Origin: a virus
Strand: one strand, 5' to 3'
Virus record (IMG/VR): IMGVR_UViG_3300045988_156211
DNA length: 64,000 nucleotides
The translations under genes were made by a program, and so were the position numbers. Below are positions 17,162 through 27,677 of this stretch, one piece after another (position 1 is the stretch's first letter; every line of letters starts with the position of its first letter). The notes beneath the pieces are model-generated. The model saw only the letters and a list, made by a program, of their open reading frames with translations, was not told the DNA's origin and did not search any database.

Positions 17162-18118
17162 TTAAGATTCACTCTCTTTTAAAACATTAATTAATAACTT
17201 TTGCTTATCAATATCTTTTATGCCTTTAGCTTTCATATAGCGTTTTGCTAGTAAACTTTTACTTAGTCTCTTAGTAATCTTATGTTTTACTTCAATAGAA
17301 TTACTAGATTTAGGGGGTAATATCGTATAATAATTACCATCATCTAATATTTCATCCTCGGATTCTACATCTATAAATTTAGGATATCCCTTTAAGTGAA
17401 CAAACTTCATACTTAAATCTGGATATAATTCCCAATAGCCCATTTTACAATCTCTATCGGTACGCCTTTGTTGTAAAGGAGCACCAATCATATAAACCTT
17501 TTTTGATAGCCTTTGTGGTTTATGTATATGACCACATAATACTAAATCGAATTTGTTTAGAGTATTTAAATTTAGATTTTCAACCGAACCAACTTCCCTG
17601 CCATCTGTATCTTTAGCTCCGGGATAATCAGTATGAAGTAAAAGTATGTTCTTGTAATGCTTATCTAGCTTTACTTTATTAAGATAATCACTTAGACCAA
17701 TGTTATGATCTATATAGGGTACACCGTATACTCTTATATTATCATTTAGTATGATATTATCATAATCTATTTGAGTAAACCCATAATGAGTTAAAAGGGT
17801 AATCCAACTAAAGGGTTTTATGCCAATATTACTTACATGTTTTATATCGTGGTTACCAGATATACAATAGAAATTATGTCCCAGGAATTTATCAGATAGT
17901 TTATCATGAATTAACTCCATAAGATCTTGATCTATATTCTCAGGTTTATGTAACATATCTCCACAAAATAAAGCTGGGCATTTATACTTCTTACATAAAG
18001 ACCTAATATGAAAAAGAACCCTAATTTGATTTAGGGTTCTCTCATTATCTTGGTTGAACTTAGACCATATATTTAGGTGTAAGTCCGAAAATATTATAGC
18101 TATAGGTTTATTTTTCAT
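17162..18118 (-). CDS. SbcD/Mre11-like (T4 gp47-like) nuclease
   Basis: Carries the calcineurin-like phosphoesterase motifs IIFSDLHLN, GDMLH, GNHD and GHIH. The start was chosen at the ATG giving MKNKPIAIIFSDLH; the track start at 18145 is also ATG. Confidence 0.8.
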   Translation of the reverse strand: MKNKPIAIIFSDLHLNIWSKFNQDNERTLNQIRVLFHIRSLCKKYKCPALFCGDMLHKPENIDQDLMELIHDKLSDKFLGHNFYCISGNHDIKHVSNIGIKPFSWITLLTHYGFTQIDYDNIILNDNIRVYGVPYIDHNIGLSDYLNKVKLDKHYKNILLLHTDYPGAKDTDGREVGSVENLNLNTLNKFDLVLCGHIHKPQRLSKKVYMIGAPLQQRRTDRDCKMGYWELYPDLSMKFVHLKGYPKFIDVESEDEILDDGNYYTILPPKSSNSIEVKHKITKRLSKSLLAKRYMKAKGIKDIDKQKLLINVLKESES

Positions 18119-18129
18119 AATACATAGAT

Positions 18130-18915
18130 TTATATACCAATCCATTTATGAGCCAATGTGTTATTGTATGATGGATATATAGGCATATACCCATAAGATG
18201 ACACTGGAGAAGTATTTTCATTATTACTCGATAAATCATCATCCTCATTGCCATTAGTTTTAATAAATTTACCACAAAGTTTAAGCCTATAGTCATAATC
18301 AGTATGGTCAGTAATTAATACCTCTATATGATGATTGTTAGGATTTACTAAATAGCCATATAATACATGTTCATAACTATGGAATACCCGAAATCCCCAT
18401 AACTTAAGTATAAACTCCATAGTATGATACACTTGCATTTGAAAATATTTGCTAGTGATTCTCTTGCTATTATCCTCAACTGACCAATCGATATTTTTAG
18501 GAGTATAAGCCAATACTATCAATCTACTACAATGTTTAAACAACATATTTAAACATATGTTTAAGAAAGCCTCGATTTCGCAATCGGCCAGATGCTTGGA
18601 TTGTTTTAAGAAGAAGTAAGTGGCTAAATCCAAATAACCTCTGTCTGTAATATAGCCTTCACCCTTATCTATGTATGAACGGTATAATTTAGACCTAAGA
18701 TTCAAAAGCCTAACGTCATCCATATACAATTCTTTAGGATCCTTAGATAGCATATCCAAATGACTTACATCTTTTGTATCCGGTATTAGATCAGACATAG
18801 AACTAGATATGAAATGAAGCTCGTCCTCCATACCAATATAACCTGGTAAATCTTTAGATAAAGTGGTTTTACCAATACCACTTGGGCCTGATATTTGTAT
18901 ATATCTTTTACACAT
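18130..18915 (-). CDS. P-loop kinase, deoxynucleoside/deoxynucleotide-kinase-like
   Basis: Has a Walker A motif SGPSGIGKTT near the N-terminus and a downstream ITDRGYLDLATYFF segment reminiscent of dNK-family kinases. Confidence 0.45.
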   Translation of the reverse strand: MCKRYIQISGPSGIGKTTLSKDLPGYIGMEDELHFISSSMSDLIPDTKDVSHLDMLSKDPKELYMDDVRLLNLRSKLYRSYIDKGEGYITDRGYLDLATYFFLKQSKHLADCEIEAFLNICLNMLFKHCSRLIVLAYTPKNIDWSVEDNSKRITSKYFQMQVYHTMEFILKLWGFRVFHSYEHVLYGYLVNPNNHHIEVLITDHTDYDYRLKLCGKFIKTNGNEDDDLSSNNENTSPVSSYGYMPIYPSYNNTLAHKWIGI

Positions 18916-18917
18916 AG

Positions 18918-19811
18918 TTATTTATTATATAAAGTTATAAATGGTTTTATAAAGTCTATAGTAAGAAAAGACATGAGTGAGTATGAGATACATAGCTTTT
19001 TAAACTTGTCCTTATTTATGGACTTATTTACATATACCATGGGCATTTCAGATAATGGGTATGTATCTATAAAATACCTAAGATCTATAAGCTTCTTATT
19101 TATTTCGGATATATCTTCTATGTTTTCTTTACATCCTTGTTTTAAAGCTTCATTAATACTACCATACTTATCTAAGAATTTACGGGTTTTTACAGGACCC
19201 ATACCTTTTACACCGGGTATATCATCTGAACTATCTCCAACTAAAGATAAGTAATCTACGGTTTCTTCTGGAGAATATCCAAACTCTTTCATACAGGTTT
19301 TATCATAGATAATCTTCTCTTTCCTGGGATTGAATATCTTAAGGTTTTTACCTAATAACTGGTTGAAGTCTTTATCGGAGGATATAAGGGTTATCTTATT
19401 ATTATCCTTATTATATACCTTTAATACTAAAAAAGCCAGTAAATCATCTCCTTCATAATTTGTAGCCTTATGTTCATCATATACATAAGGTACTCTCAAT
19501 AACTTAAGTATCTTAAGTATCACTTTCTTTTGAGATTGTAGTGATTCATAATCTATAGAGATATTTTTACGATGACCTTTGTAATTTGGCAATAAACAAG
19601 TCCTATATGGTGAATGGCCATTATCAAACGATATAGTTACTTCATCAGGATCAAACCTTCTAAGGTACATATTTAAGGATTTAAAAAATCCAAATATAGC
19701 TCCTGAAGGTTTACCGTCACTAGACCTTAGATTAGCAAACTTATGAAATGATTGATGGAGTATGTTTTCTCCATCAATCAATAGTACCTTTTTATTCTTA
19801 TGATTTTTCAT
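18918..19811 (-). CDS. 5'-3' exonuclease / flap endonuclease (Pol I N-terminal / T4 RNase H family)
   Basis: The N-terminal LLIDGENILHQSFH matches LLIDG.n...R, and GDSSDDIPGVKGMGPVKTRKFL is a helix-hairpin-helix segment typical of 53EXO. Confidence 0.8.
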   Translation of the reverse strand: MKNHKNKKVLLIDGENILHQSFHKFANLRSSDGKPSGAIFGFFKSLNMYLRRFDPDEVTISFDNGHSPYRTCLLPNYKGHRKNISIDYESLQSQKKVILKILKLLRVPYVYDEHKATNYEGDDLLAFLVLKVYNKDNNKITLISSDKDFNQLLGKNLKIFNPRKEKIIYDKTCMKEFGYSPEETVDYLSLVGDSSDDIPGVKGMGPVKTRKFLDKYGSINEALKQGCKENIEDISEINKKLIDLRYFIDTYPLSEMPMVYVNKSINKDKFKKLCISYSLMSFLTIDFIKPFITLYNK

Positions 19812-19828
19812 ATAAATAATATATTTGT

Positions 19829-20968
19829 TTATTCATCATAGTCTTCCTCTTCTTCAGGTGAGTATGATTCATATTCTACTCCATCAACAGGAAAATAGTT
19901 AGTAGTAAGTTTTGACAAAGCTTTTTTAGTACTACCTATAGTATTAATATGAGCTTTTCTAAGTAACTTTCTTCTAAGTTCATCATCTTCCTCCAATAGT
20001 TTTTGGAATTTCTCTTCTCCCCTAGCTAAAGTTTCTCCTTTATACTTATAAACTCCTCCGGAAGATTTTTCAATAATACCATTTTCTATGAGAACATCAT
20101 CCAAACCAAAACATCTATCAAAACCAACTTCATGAAATTTAGGGTTAAAGTAAACTGGACATTTACTAAGTGTTGGTCTTGGTGGAGCAACCTTATTTTT
20201 AATAAGTCGGATAGTTACTAACTTACCTGCTCTACGTTCTTTACCATTTTGTTTTACTGTTATTGACCTACCTGCATAAAAAGCTGCCCTTATTGAAGAC
20301 CAGAATTTTAAGGCAGCTCCTCCAGTTGTAGTTGTATTATCTTTACCAAAACCAACATTAAGAGCAGTTCTTAACTGATTTATATAAATCTGAGTTACTC
20401 CCAATCTATAGAATAATTCACTACGAATTCTAAAATACTTGTATAAAGCCTTAGCTCTACCTCCCATTTCAGCTTTACTTCCAACCATCTTAGAATCTAT
20501 ATTATCTGAACAGTCCATAGCAGCTATAGAATCTATAACCAGCAAAATTGGTTCATTATGAACTAATTGTGATCTTAGATATAAAGCTATATCTGCTACA
20601 GCATCTGATATATACTCTATTCGTGTATCATTTATAACTGTAACCTTATTGGGATCAACTCCATTAGTCTCAGCCCATGAATTCATCCAGGATTGTTCGG
20701 CATCTACCCATATTACATGACCACCTAGTTGTTGACAAGAATATGCGAAGTTATAAGCTATCAATGATTTACCAGAACTTTCTTCTCCGGCTACTTCCAA
20801 AATTTTACCAAATGGGATTCCACCACCAAAGGTATAATTTAAAGCAAAGAAAGTAGAGGGTAACCATAAACCAGATTCCTTAGTATCAGAAGCTAATTTA
20901 ACTATATCACCATACTTCTTAAGTAAATCATTCTTAGTAGGTATCTTTAAAGAACTATTTTTAGCCAT
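19829..20968 (-). CDS. RecA/UvsX-like recombinase
   Basis: Has a Walker A-like GEESSGKSLIA, Walker B LLVIDSIAAM, and RecA-like core spacing. The start was moved to the ATG at 20968 (MAKNSS...) because the track N-terminus is hydrophobic read-through. Confidence 0.8.
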   Translation of the reverse strand: MAKNSSLKIPTKNDLLKKYGDIVKLASDTKESGLWLPSTFFALNYTFGGGIPFGKILEVAGEESSGKSLIAYNFAYSCQQLGGHVIWVDAEQSWMNSWAETNGVDPNKVTVINDTRIEYISDAVADIALYLRSQLVHNEPILLVIDSIAAMDCSDNIDSKMVGSKAEMGGRAKALYKYFRIRSELFYRLGVTQIYINQLRTALNVGFGKDNTTTTGGAALKFWSSIRAAFYAGRSITVKQNGKERRAGKLVTIRLIKNKVAPPRPTLSKCPVYFNPKFHEVGFDRCFGLDDVLIENGIIEKSSGGVYKYKGETLARGEEKFQKLLEEDDELRRKLLRKAHINTIGSTKKALSKLTTNYFPVDGVEYESYSPEEEEDYDE

Positions 20969-21065
20969 AAATACGATTACTTTAAAAGTTAACAAAGAGG
21001 GAGGAACAATTACTAGAACTATCCCTCCCAAACAAACGAATATATTAACTCACTGAAAAGAAGAA

Positions 21066-21854
21066 TTAGATATCAGACTTATATCTCTTAGAACTAGATT
21101 TTACCTTCTTTTTGTTCTTAGTTTTTGAAGATTTTTTAGAGGGTTTTGATGTTTCATGATCATCCCCCTCATCATCTGAACTATCATTAAGGAACTTAGA
21201 AAGCATATCCTCCAATTCATCATAGGATTTTATCTGGTTCCTTACTATGCCTTCAAGATCAATGTTACCTCTGAACTTCTTATCAAGTTTTGAAGATTTA
21301 CATGCTCTTACTGAATAAGTAGTATCTAACTTACCAGAACCAGATCGGCTAATTTTAATGTCATAACCATTTAGTGGATCGGTCATATCTCCATAATCAT
21401 CCTCATCCAGATATAGGTCGATAATATCCTGATATACCGAAGATGATATAAGTACTCCCTTATCGTTTCCTTCATAATCTGGTTTTGTACCTTTCTCATC
21501 TTCATAAATAATACCACCTATTACGTATTTTCTCCTGGGTATGAGCTTTTTAGCTAAAGCCTTATCATCTTCATCCTTTGAGTTTTTCAATTCCTGATAT
21601 TTATCCATAAATGGGCATGGATCACCAAAAGTAGCCGGAGATATTATACCACCAATTTCTGGATTAGGGTAGAATTGAATAATCTCTATACCCAGTTCTT
21701 TGTCATCTCCTGGAGATTTCATCCTTATTCGAGTTATACCCTCTTTAGGAAATACCAATCCACCGCCTCCGTTAGATCTAGAAGCCAACTGCTTCTTTCT
21801 AGCTAGCATCTTCTCTTTAGTAGAAGATCCATTTTCTGAAAGTTTCTTTACCAT
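21066..21854 (-). CDS. hypothetical protein, possible ssDNA-binding protein
   Basis: It lies between the recombinase and polymerase genes and has an acidic then basic C-terminal tail (DSSDDEGDDHE...KKKVKSSSKRYK). No diagnostic motif was recognised. Confidence 0.25.
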   Translation of the reverse strand: MVKKLSENGSSTKEKMLARKKQLASRSNGGGGLVFPKEGITRIRMKSPGDDKELGIEIIQFYPNPEIGGIISPATFGDPCPFMDKYQELKNSKDEDDKALAKKLIPRRKYVIGGIIYEDEKGTKPDYEGNDKGVLISSSVYQDIIDLYLDEDDYGDMTDPLNGYDIKISRSGSGKLDTTYSVRACKSSKLDKKFRGNIDLEGIVRNQIKSYDELEDMLSKFLNDSSDDEGDDHETSKPSKKSSKTKNKKKVKSSSKRYKSDI

Positions 21855-21862
21855 AATATTAC

Positions 21863-22252
21863 TTATTTGTTGTTCTCAATATAAGCTATCTCATTCAATG
21901 ATAAAATAGTTAAATTATTATCACTTAGCAGATGTTTAAGATCATCCGGGAATATTTCCAACGGCAATGATAGTTCCTTACCAGCATACAAACCATAAGT
22001 AATTATACTTCCTACTTTTAAGGTTTTTTTCAAAAAAGCCTCATCTTCGGTTATACTACTAATCTGGATGATTACTCCCTTTTTTGGTTTACTATTATCG
22101 GCATTACCCGGGATAATAATACTACCACTCTTACTTTCTCCTGTAGGAGAAAGTATCAACACCTTATTTTCACTTGGTACTCCATGACTGGATAAGATCT
22201 CATTGAAACGTAATGCTTGTTCAACGCTAATGTAATTTAAATTTATGTTCAT
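21863..22252 (-). CDS. GroES-like co-chaperonin
   Basis: VLILSPTGESKSGSIIIPGNADNSKPKKGVIIQIS...KVGSIITYGLYAGKEL...LTILSLNEIAYI follows the Cpn10 pattern, including the mobile-loop region. Confidence 0.55.
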   Translation of the reverse strand: MNINLNYISVEQALRFNEILSSHGVPSENKVLILSPTGESKSGSIIIPGNADNSKPKKGVIIQISSITEDEAFLKKTLKVGSIITYGLYAGKELSLPLEIFPDDLKHLLSDNNLTILSLNEIAYIENNK

Positions 22253-22282
22253 AACACTTTATATTTAAGTAATTATTTATAG

Positions 22283-22735
22283 TTAAAAGTTCATCTTCCT
22301 TAGATTGGCATTCAAAGTTCTCAAAACCTCTATACGATTCTCATAAGCTCTACATAAAGATATAAACTTACTAGCTTTCTCACAAGCCTGTATGTATCTT
22401 TCGCAAAGTGATAAGTATTTAGAGTTAGTTTTGGATTTATTATCTACATAATCATTATTCCATCTAGCATTGGCTTCTTTATAGAATATCCAAGCATTAG
22501 AATAAGCTTTATCCCTTTCAATAGCTAGAGTATCTCTTTTCTTTATAAGATAATCTCTTACAGTACTCAATATAAACAAGTTAAATGAGGAATCTCTTAA
22601 CTGAGTTTCTATATTATTCTTATCTATATGAAATTCTTTAGAGACATCTATATAATAGGTTTTACCCTCTACTTTTACTTTTACGGGTTTTATACCTATA
22701 TCCTTTATATTATGGGTTACTACAGATTTTTTCAT
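22283..22735 (-). CDS. hypothetical protein (150 aa)
   Basis: ATG ORF with a 4-nt overlap with the polymerase gene. No motif recognised. Confidence 0.5.
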   Translation of the reverse strand: MKKSVVTHNIKDIGIKPVKVKVEGKTYYIDVSKEFHIDKNNIETQLRDSSFNLFILSTVRDYLIKKRDTLAIERDKAYSNAWIFYKEANARWNNDYVDNKSKTNSKYLSLCERYIQACEKASKFISLCRAYENRIEVLRTLNANLRKMNF

Positions 22736-25023
22736 AGATCCTTATCATGTTTATGGTATATTGATTCATACTTGTCCATAAGTTTTGGAAATTTATCTGG
22801 ATATTCCTTAATACTTATAGATTTATACTTCTTATGCTCTTGAAGGTATTCCTCTACTGAGAAATCTGGTTGAAGCATTTTGTTATAATCATATCCCGGG
22901 ATAAATGGTAATTCTTCAGCCATAGTCCTACCAACTGAATAATCCATATCCATTTCAACATCATCAATCTGAAAACCGAAGTATGGCTCTGTTAAAGGGT
23001 TTTTAAATATTTGCCACATCTTATTTACAGTCCATACATTTATATCTTTAGGATCAGCATTATAATATACAGCATCATGAACTGTAGCAACTTCTTTCAT
23101 ATAGGGTAGTTTTCCTTGTCTCATATCCCAATATATAAGGATACTACCAAATAAGGTCATATCAGATGCTGGAGATTGACATGGGAAGTTTAGTCCCAAT
23201 CTTACTGCATAAGCTTCCTCATCACTATTTTCAGAATATATTTGAGGTAATCTACGTCTTCTACCAAATAAAGACATAAGATATCCATGCTTCCTTAAGT
23301 ATATTTCCTGTTTCTCTTTAAACTCTCTTAATTTTGGATGTTCATTAAAGTATTCATCCATTTCTTTTTGAGCTTCTTGTTTAGAAACTATAATACCAGC
23401 TTTTGGATCTGACAACTTAACTGCTAATAGATTTGCTCCGATACCATATATCAATCCAAAAGCAGTTTGCTTAGCATTCTTTCTGCGTATTTTCCAAAGA
23501 GTATGTTCAGGATGTTGTTCATCATCATATATTGCAAAAGCTTCATCATATGGTACTTTATATTTTTTAGCAGCAATAGCTAAGTGTGGATCTTGTCCTT
23601 CTGCAAATGCTCTTAGATAAGTTTCATCTCCAGATAGATGAGCCATCATTCTTAATTCTGCCTGAGAGAAATCGGATTCGAAGTATAATTTACCTGGTTC
23701 GGCTACTAATTGCTTCTTTATATTTGGGTCTACCGTAGTTTTAGGTATTTGCTGCATATTAGGTTCAGCAGATGATAATCTACCAGATGTAGTACCATGA
23801 ATAAGATATCGGCCATGTAATCTGTGATCATCCTGATATTTTTCACTCCATCCCAAGATATAGGTTTTATACATTTTTTCCAAACCTCTTAATTCAAGTA
23901 GGTTATCCAGGAATATTGCTTTGGGTGAATCAGGGTTTTTTATCTTTAACCTTAAGTTTGATAGAGTTTCCTCATCCGTACTGGGTTTACCTTTATCCGT
24001 ATATTTCAAAACTGGGAATTTAAATCCTTCATCACTATACATAAGTTGAGGTAAATCATTATTACTGTTTAGATTTACTCCTCTTGTCAGATCTAATTCC
24101 TTTTTAGAATTATATATCCCAGCTTTAATATTGGATATTTTAGTCAATCTATTAGCTATTTTCTTTTCATTAGAACTGCCATCTGATTCTTCTAGTTCTT
24201 CAATTTCTTTTTGGATAGATTCTATATAGTTACTTACTTTAGTATCTACTAGATATTTACTAAATCTTTTAACCTTTGGCAAATTATAAATATTCTCATA
24301 GGCTTTCTCTATTTTAGGTTGATAATCCTGTAAGAGTTTTTTATTAAATTCAGTATCTATATACAAACCATTCCTTTCAACACATTGAATAACCCTTGAA
24401 GCAGGCATTATAAGATTCCTGAATAAATTGTAAAATCCCAGTTTAATCAGCTTATTCTCTAAGAATATACATAACCTAAAAGTATAATCACTATCCTGAC
24501 ATCCATATTTACATAGGGGTTCTAATTCCTTTTTATCCCAGGGTATCTTATCGAAATTATCCTGTTTCTCATAATCCCCATATTCAGGTAAATATCTCCT
24601 AACCATACTTTTAAGATCGTTAGGCTTCTCTTCATTAAGAACATATTTAGCAAGCATACCATCTATAACAGTACCTCTATACCAAATATTATATCTATCG
24701 AATATCTGAAAGTCAAATTTTAAGTTCCAACCCAATTTAACTACTCTGGGATTTTCTATAATATGCTTACCAAAAATTAGCAAAGCTTTTCTCCAATTAT
24801 ATCCTTTATCAGTGTACTGTTTTGTCTGAAAATGATCTAAAGGGATAGAACAACCCATACCTGGTTGAAAACATACCGATAGTATAGTTGGTTTAAAGGT
24901 ATCATTATATATGGGTTCACTGTTAGTTTCAAAGTCTACAGATGAATATCCAGTAGACTTACAAGCTCTAATTAATTTGTAAAGCTCTTTATAGTTTCTT
25001 ATTATGTGATATTTAGTTTCCAT
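22732..25023 (-). CDS. family A DNA polymerase with 3'-5' exonuclease domain
   Basis: Exonuclease motifs are SVDFETNS, KFDFQIF and YGCQDSDYTFRL. Polymerase motif A is SDFSQAELRMMAHLSGD, motif B is RRKNAKQTAFGLIYG and motif C is VATVHDAV. The track start at 25032 is TTG and the first ATG is at 25023. Confidence 0.95.
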   Translation of the reverse strand: METKYHIIRNYKELYKLIRACKSTGYSSVDFETNSEPIYNDTFKPTILSVCFQPGMGCSIPLDHFQTKQYTDKGYNWRKALLIFGKHIIENPRVVKLGWNLKFDFQIFDRYNIWYRGTVIDGMLAKYVLNEEKPNDLKSMVRRYLPEYGDYEKQDNFDKIPWDKKELEPLCKYGCQDSDYTFRLCIFLENKLIKLGFYNLFRNLIMPASRVIQCVERNGLYIDTEFNKKLLQDYQPKIEKAYENIYNLPKVKRFSKYLVDTKVSNYIESIQKEIEELEESDGSSNEKKIANRLTKISNIKAGIYNSKKELDLTRGVNLNSNNDLPQLMYSDEGFKFPVLKYTDKGKPSTDEETLSNLRLKIKNPDSPKAIFLDNLLELRGLEKMYKTYILGWSEKYQDDHRLHGRYLIHGTTSGRLSSAEPNMQQIPKTTVDPNIKKQLVAEPGKLYFESDFSQAELRMMAHLSGDETYLRAFAEGQDPHLAIAAKKYKVPYDEAFAIYDDEQHPEHTLWKIRRKNAKQTAFGLIYGIGANLLAVKLSDPKAGIIVSKQEAQKEMDEYFNEHPKLREFKEKQEIYLRKHGYLMSLFGRRRRLPQIYSENSDEEAYAVRLGLNFPCQSPASDMTLFGSILIYWDMRQGKLPYMKEVATVHDAVYYNADPKDINVWTVNKMWQIFKNPLTEPYFGFQIDDVEMDMDYSVGRTMAEELPFIPGYDYNKMLQPDFSVEEYLQEHKKYKSISIKEYPDKFPKLMDKYESIYHKHDKDL

Positions 25024-25039
25024 ATATAACAAGATTTAA

Positions 25040-25059
25040 GGGTGAGAATATTCTCACCC
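25040..25059. terminator. 20-bp perfect palindrome / hairpin between the ThyA-like and polymerase genes
   Basis: GGGTGAGAAT|ATTCTCACCC. It has only a weak U-tract, so it may be an attenuator, an RNA-stability element or a protein-binding site. Confidence 0.4.
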
Positions 25060-25066
25060 TATATAT

Positions 25067-25843
25067 TTAATATTTATCTACTAATTCTGACAGATCTCTA
25101 CTGAGCTCATTCCAGTCTTTTTTGTAAGCATGTAGAGAATCTATATTATGGTATAAGTAACCAGGTGTAATACCTATTTCCTTAGCCACATAATTCTTTA
25201 ATCTCCAAGCCAAGTATACATCGTTACCGAAGTGTTGGATATAATCTGAAGACCTTTGATTATAGATCATATGAAGTACCTTTCCTCCGCCTATGTTCTC
25301 TCTTACTAAGAAGTGATAATACATTGAACAGGGTATTCTTCTAGAACCGTCAATATAATCCTTATCTATAGTTGTATCCCATACACTTAATATTGCTTTA
25401 CGAGTATCTGGATCATCCTTAAGTAATTGTATCACATTGTCAATGTAATTATTCCAACCACCCTTATAAGAGGCTAAATCATTAAACCTCTCATTATAGG
25501 TATAATCAAATACTCCGTGATCATTACCTCTATCTACCAAGAATTGTTCCCAAAGATCTCTTCTTTCTTTCCAAGCTTCTCCTGGGTTTATAAAGTTTCT
25601 ATTTATTCTCTCATTAAATTCGGCTTTAGCCCAATCATATGAATGAGAGAATGTGAACAACCAAACTGGATCACCCATATCTACCAAACAATAAGACTGA
25701 GCTATTATCTCCTTGGTTATATAATCCTCATTACCCTCAATGTCTTTATTCTGGTAATGTTTAGGTTTTACAGTAATACCGTAACTCCTTAATTCTCGGC
25801 CCATTTCGGACATGAGCTCGAATGAATCTCCAAATATTCTCAT
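25067..25843 (-). CDS. ThyA-superfamily pyrimidine-nucleotide C5-transferase (thymidylate synthase / dCMP hydroxymethylase-like)
   Basis: DPDTRKAILSVWD aligns with TS DPDSRRIIVSAWN, IPCSMYYHFLV with APCHAFFQFYV (catalytic Cys), and NQRSSDYIQHFGNDVYLA with YQRSCDVFLGLPFNIASY. By hand alignment, the Asn that reads uracil in TS is replaced by Asp. Confidence 0.7.
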   Translation of the reverse strand: MRIFGDSFELMSEMGRELRSYGITVKPKHYQNKDIEGNEDYITKEIIAQSYCLVDMGDPVWLFTFSHSYDWAKAEFNERINRNFINPGEAWKERRDLWEQFLVDRGNDHGVFDYTYNERFNDLASYKGGWNNYIDNVIQLLKDDPDTRKAILSVWDTTIDKDYIDGSRRIPCSMYYHFLVRENIGGGKVLHMIYNQRSSDYIQHFGNDVYLAWRLKNYVAKEIGITPGYLYHNIDSLHAYKKDWNELSRDLSELVDKY

Positions 25844-25883
25844 AGTTTTATTGATTTTTTATTGTTTATAAATAGCAAATCAC

Positions 25884-26822
25884 CTATTCTTTACTGTTAG
25901 AGTTATTCTTAGCTTCTCTTTTCAGCTTAGCCAGATATTTTTTCTTATAGGCTTTTCTCTGTGAGAAGCTTATAATATTCTCGGGATAATCAATATCGTC
26001 TTCCTCTATTACTAAATCCTTAGCATACAAAGGTTTGTAAGTATATAGGTCCGGTCTAAGTACTTTAAAACTTCTAAAGTATACCTTGAATGAAGAGAAG
26101 TCCTTTTCATCTCCCTTCTTAAACTTATCAAATACTGACTTAACTTTAGTTACCCAGGGATTATCTATACCCTTTAATACCTTCTTAAGTGATTTATGAG
26201 TATGGTACATTATAAGAGTTTCGGTATTACCATACATCTGAGTAGCAAATACATTTAGCTGTACGGACTGATTAGGCCCATAAATATATTCTGCCATTCT
26301 CTGAACCAATAAGAAATCAAATATAAGCCTCTTAGTAATTTCTGAAGCTCTTAATACCATAGTTATTACCGGTATATCTTCCTGAAATCTTTTAGAGAAT
26401 GTAGCCGATATTAGGCATTGCTTACCATTATCATGCTTATTATTGAAGATGTAACTTACATTATAATTCTGATTATACTTTACTTTTAAGAATCTTAACT
26501 TACTTCTAAGTAAATCTAGCTTGTTAAAATCAATATAATTATTCAGCAAGCTTGACCATTTAGAACTTGTATAGTTAAAACATCTACCATAATCAAATTC
26601 GGGATCAACCCAGGCTTTCCTTATTCGGATAAATACGTTATATACTACGGCTAATCCACTGTTTGCTATAGCTCCTTTACTAAATAATGATGGGTTTAAC
26701 TGTAAGAAGTACTCATTGAGTTTTTCCCATGCCTCTTGAGAGGTAGAGAACTCCAGAGTATGTATATTCTCTGAACAATCCATGTTCTCTAACCCCTCTA
26801 ATTGTTTATTCCATCCAGACAT
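25884..26822 (-). CDS. hypothetical protein (312 aa), weak ThyA-fold-like segments
   Basis: GKQCLISATF and VLRASEITKRLIFDFLLV loosely resemble the catalytic-Cys and QRS.D strands of the TS fold. This resemblance is very tentative. Confidence 0.4.
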   Translation of the reverse strand: MSGWNKQLEGLENMDCSENIHTLEFSTSQEAWEKLNEYFLQLNPSLFSKGAIANSGLAVVYNVFIRIRKAWVDPEFDYGRCFNYTSSKWSSLLNNYIDFNKLDLLRSKLRFLKVKYNQNYNVSYIFNNKHDNGKQCLISATFSKRFQEDIPVITMVLRASEITKRLIFDFLLVQRMAEYIYGPNQSVQLNVFATQMYGNTETLIMYHTHKSLKKVLKGIDNPWVTKVKSVFDKFKKGDEKDFSSFKVYFRSFKVLRPDLYTYKPLYAKDLVIEEDDIDYPENIISFSQRKAYKKKYLAKLKREAKNNSNSKE

Positions 26823-26823
26823 A

Positions 26824-27672
26824 TTAATAATTCGTTTTTAATCTCCAAATGTTTAACTTATACTTCTTAAAGTAAAGATTGGTTATACTATAAGGATCAA
26901 ATCCATACATCTTAAGAAAACCCATAAATAGATAGAAAGCCTCTACGATATAACTCTGAACCTCGTTTTCTTTGGTTAATACCTGAGTTTTCTTCCATGG
27001 TCTACACTTAAGATCATTTCTAGCCATATTAAGGCAATATGTTATACTAAATATGGCTAATTTCTCCGTTCGGTGATAACCATAATTCATACGACTAAAT
27101 CCCGGGATATATTCACTATCGGAAGATGTTTGGTAATCTACTATATCATATGGAGCCGTAGTTACAGCATAATCATCCATCTTACTTATAAGTAAATCAC
27201 GTCCAACAGCCATTACCTGGTTTAAGTTAGTACATACCTTAGTTACATGCTTACCTGACCATCTTAGTAAATCATCACTACCAATGTTCAAATAAAGAAG
27301 GATAGTCATCATGAATCCCAAAGCATCAGCCTGTTCTTCACAAGCATTTTGCAATGTATCCTTTATATACTGGGTGCTTTCATCATCCAACCTATCCATG
27401 TTCCATCCGATAGAATCATTGTTCAATAACTGATATACAATATCGGTAGATTCAAATCCCTCATTTAGTTCCTCTATAACCCTACTTATAAAATCCTTTA
27501 TAACCTCCTGATTACGAGGTATATTGATATTCATTGGGTAATCAGGTAATTGTTCTATACCACTATCTTTATAAGCTTTAAGTTGTTCTTTAGCTATATC
27601 GAATATAGTTTCTAAAAAATTTAGATTATAAGGATCTATCGGTAATTTTTCTTTAATATTGCGTATATCCAT
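26824..27672 (-). CDS. all-alpha NTP pyrophosphohydrolase (MazG / dimeric dUTPase-dCTPase superfamily)
   Basis: Has the metal-binding acidic motifs VIEELNEGFE and ACEEQADALGF. The C-terminal RPWKK...EAFYLFMGFLKMYGFDP...YFKKYKLNIWR resembles dimeric dUTPase-like proteins. Confidence 0.5.
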   Translation of the reverse strand: MDIRNIKEKLPIDPYNLNFLETIFDIAKEQLKAYKDSGIEQLPDYPMNINIPRNQEVIKDFISRVIEELNEGFESTDIVYQLLNNDSIGWNMDRLDDESTQYIKDTLQNACEEQADALGFMMTILLYLNIGSDDLLRWSGKHVTKVCTNLNQVMAVGRDLLISKMDDYAVTTAPYDIVDYQTSSDSEYIPGFSRMNYGYHRTEKLAIFSITYCLNMARNDLKCRPWKKTQVLTKENEVQSYIVEAFYLFMGFLKMYGFDPYSITNLYFKKYKLNIWRLKTNY

Positions 27673-27677
27673 AGCGA

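Noticed and set aside
18108-18296. A 62-aa minus-strand ORF overlaps the 3' end of the kinase-like gene. Small plus-strand ORFs are scattered through minus-strand genes (for example 315..506, 832..1020, 6257..6515, 8448..8693, 18895..19254 and 34507..34782).
   Set aside because: They are fully embedded in longer, better-supported ORFs of the co-directional gene array. Their translations are hydrophobic or low in complexity, as is typical of out-of-frame AT-rich sequence, and they lack promoter or terminator context.
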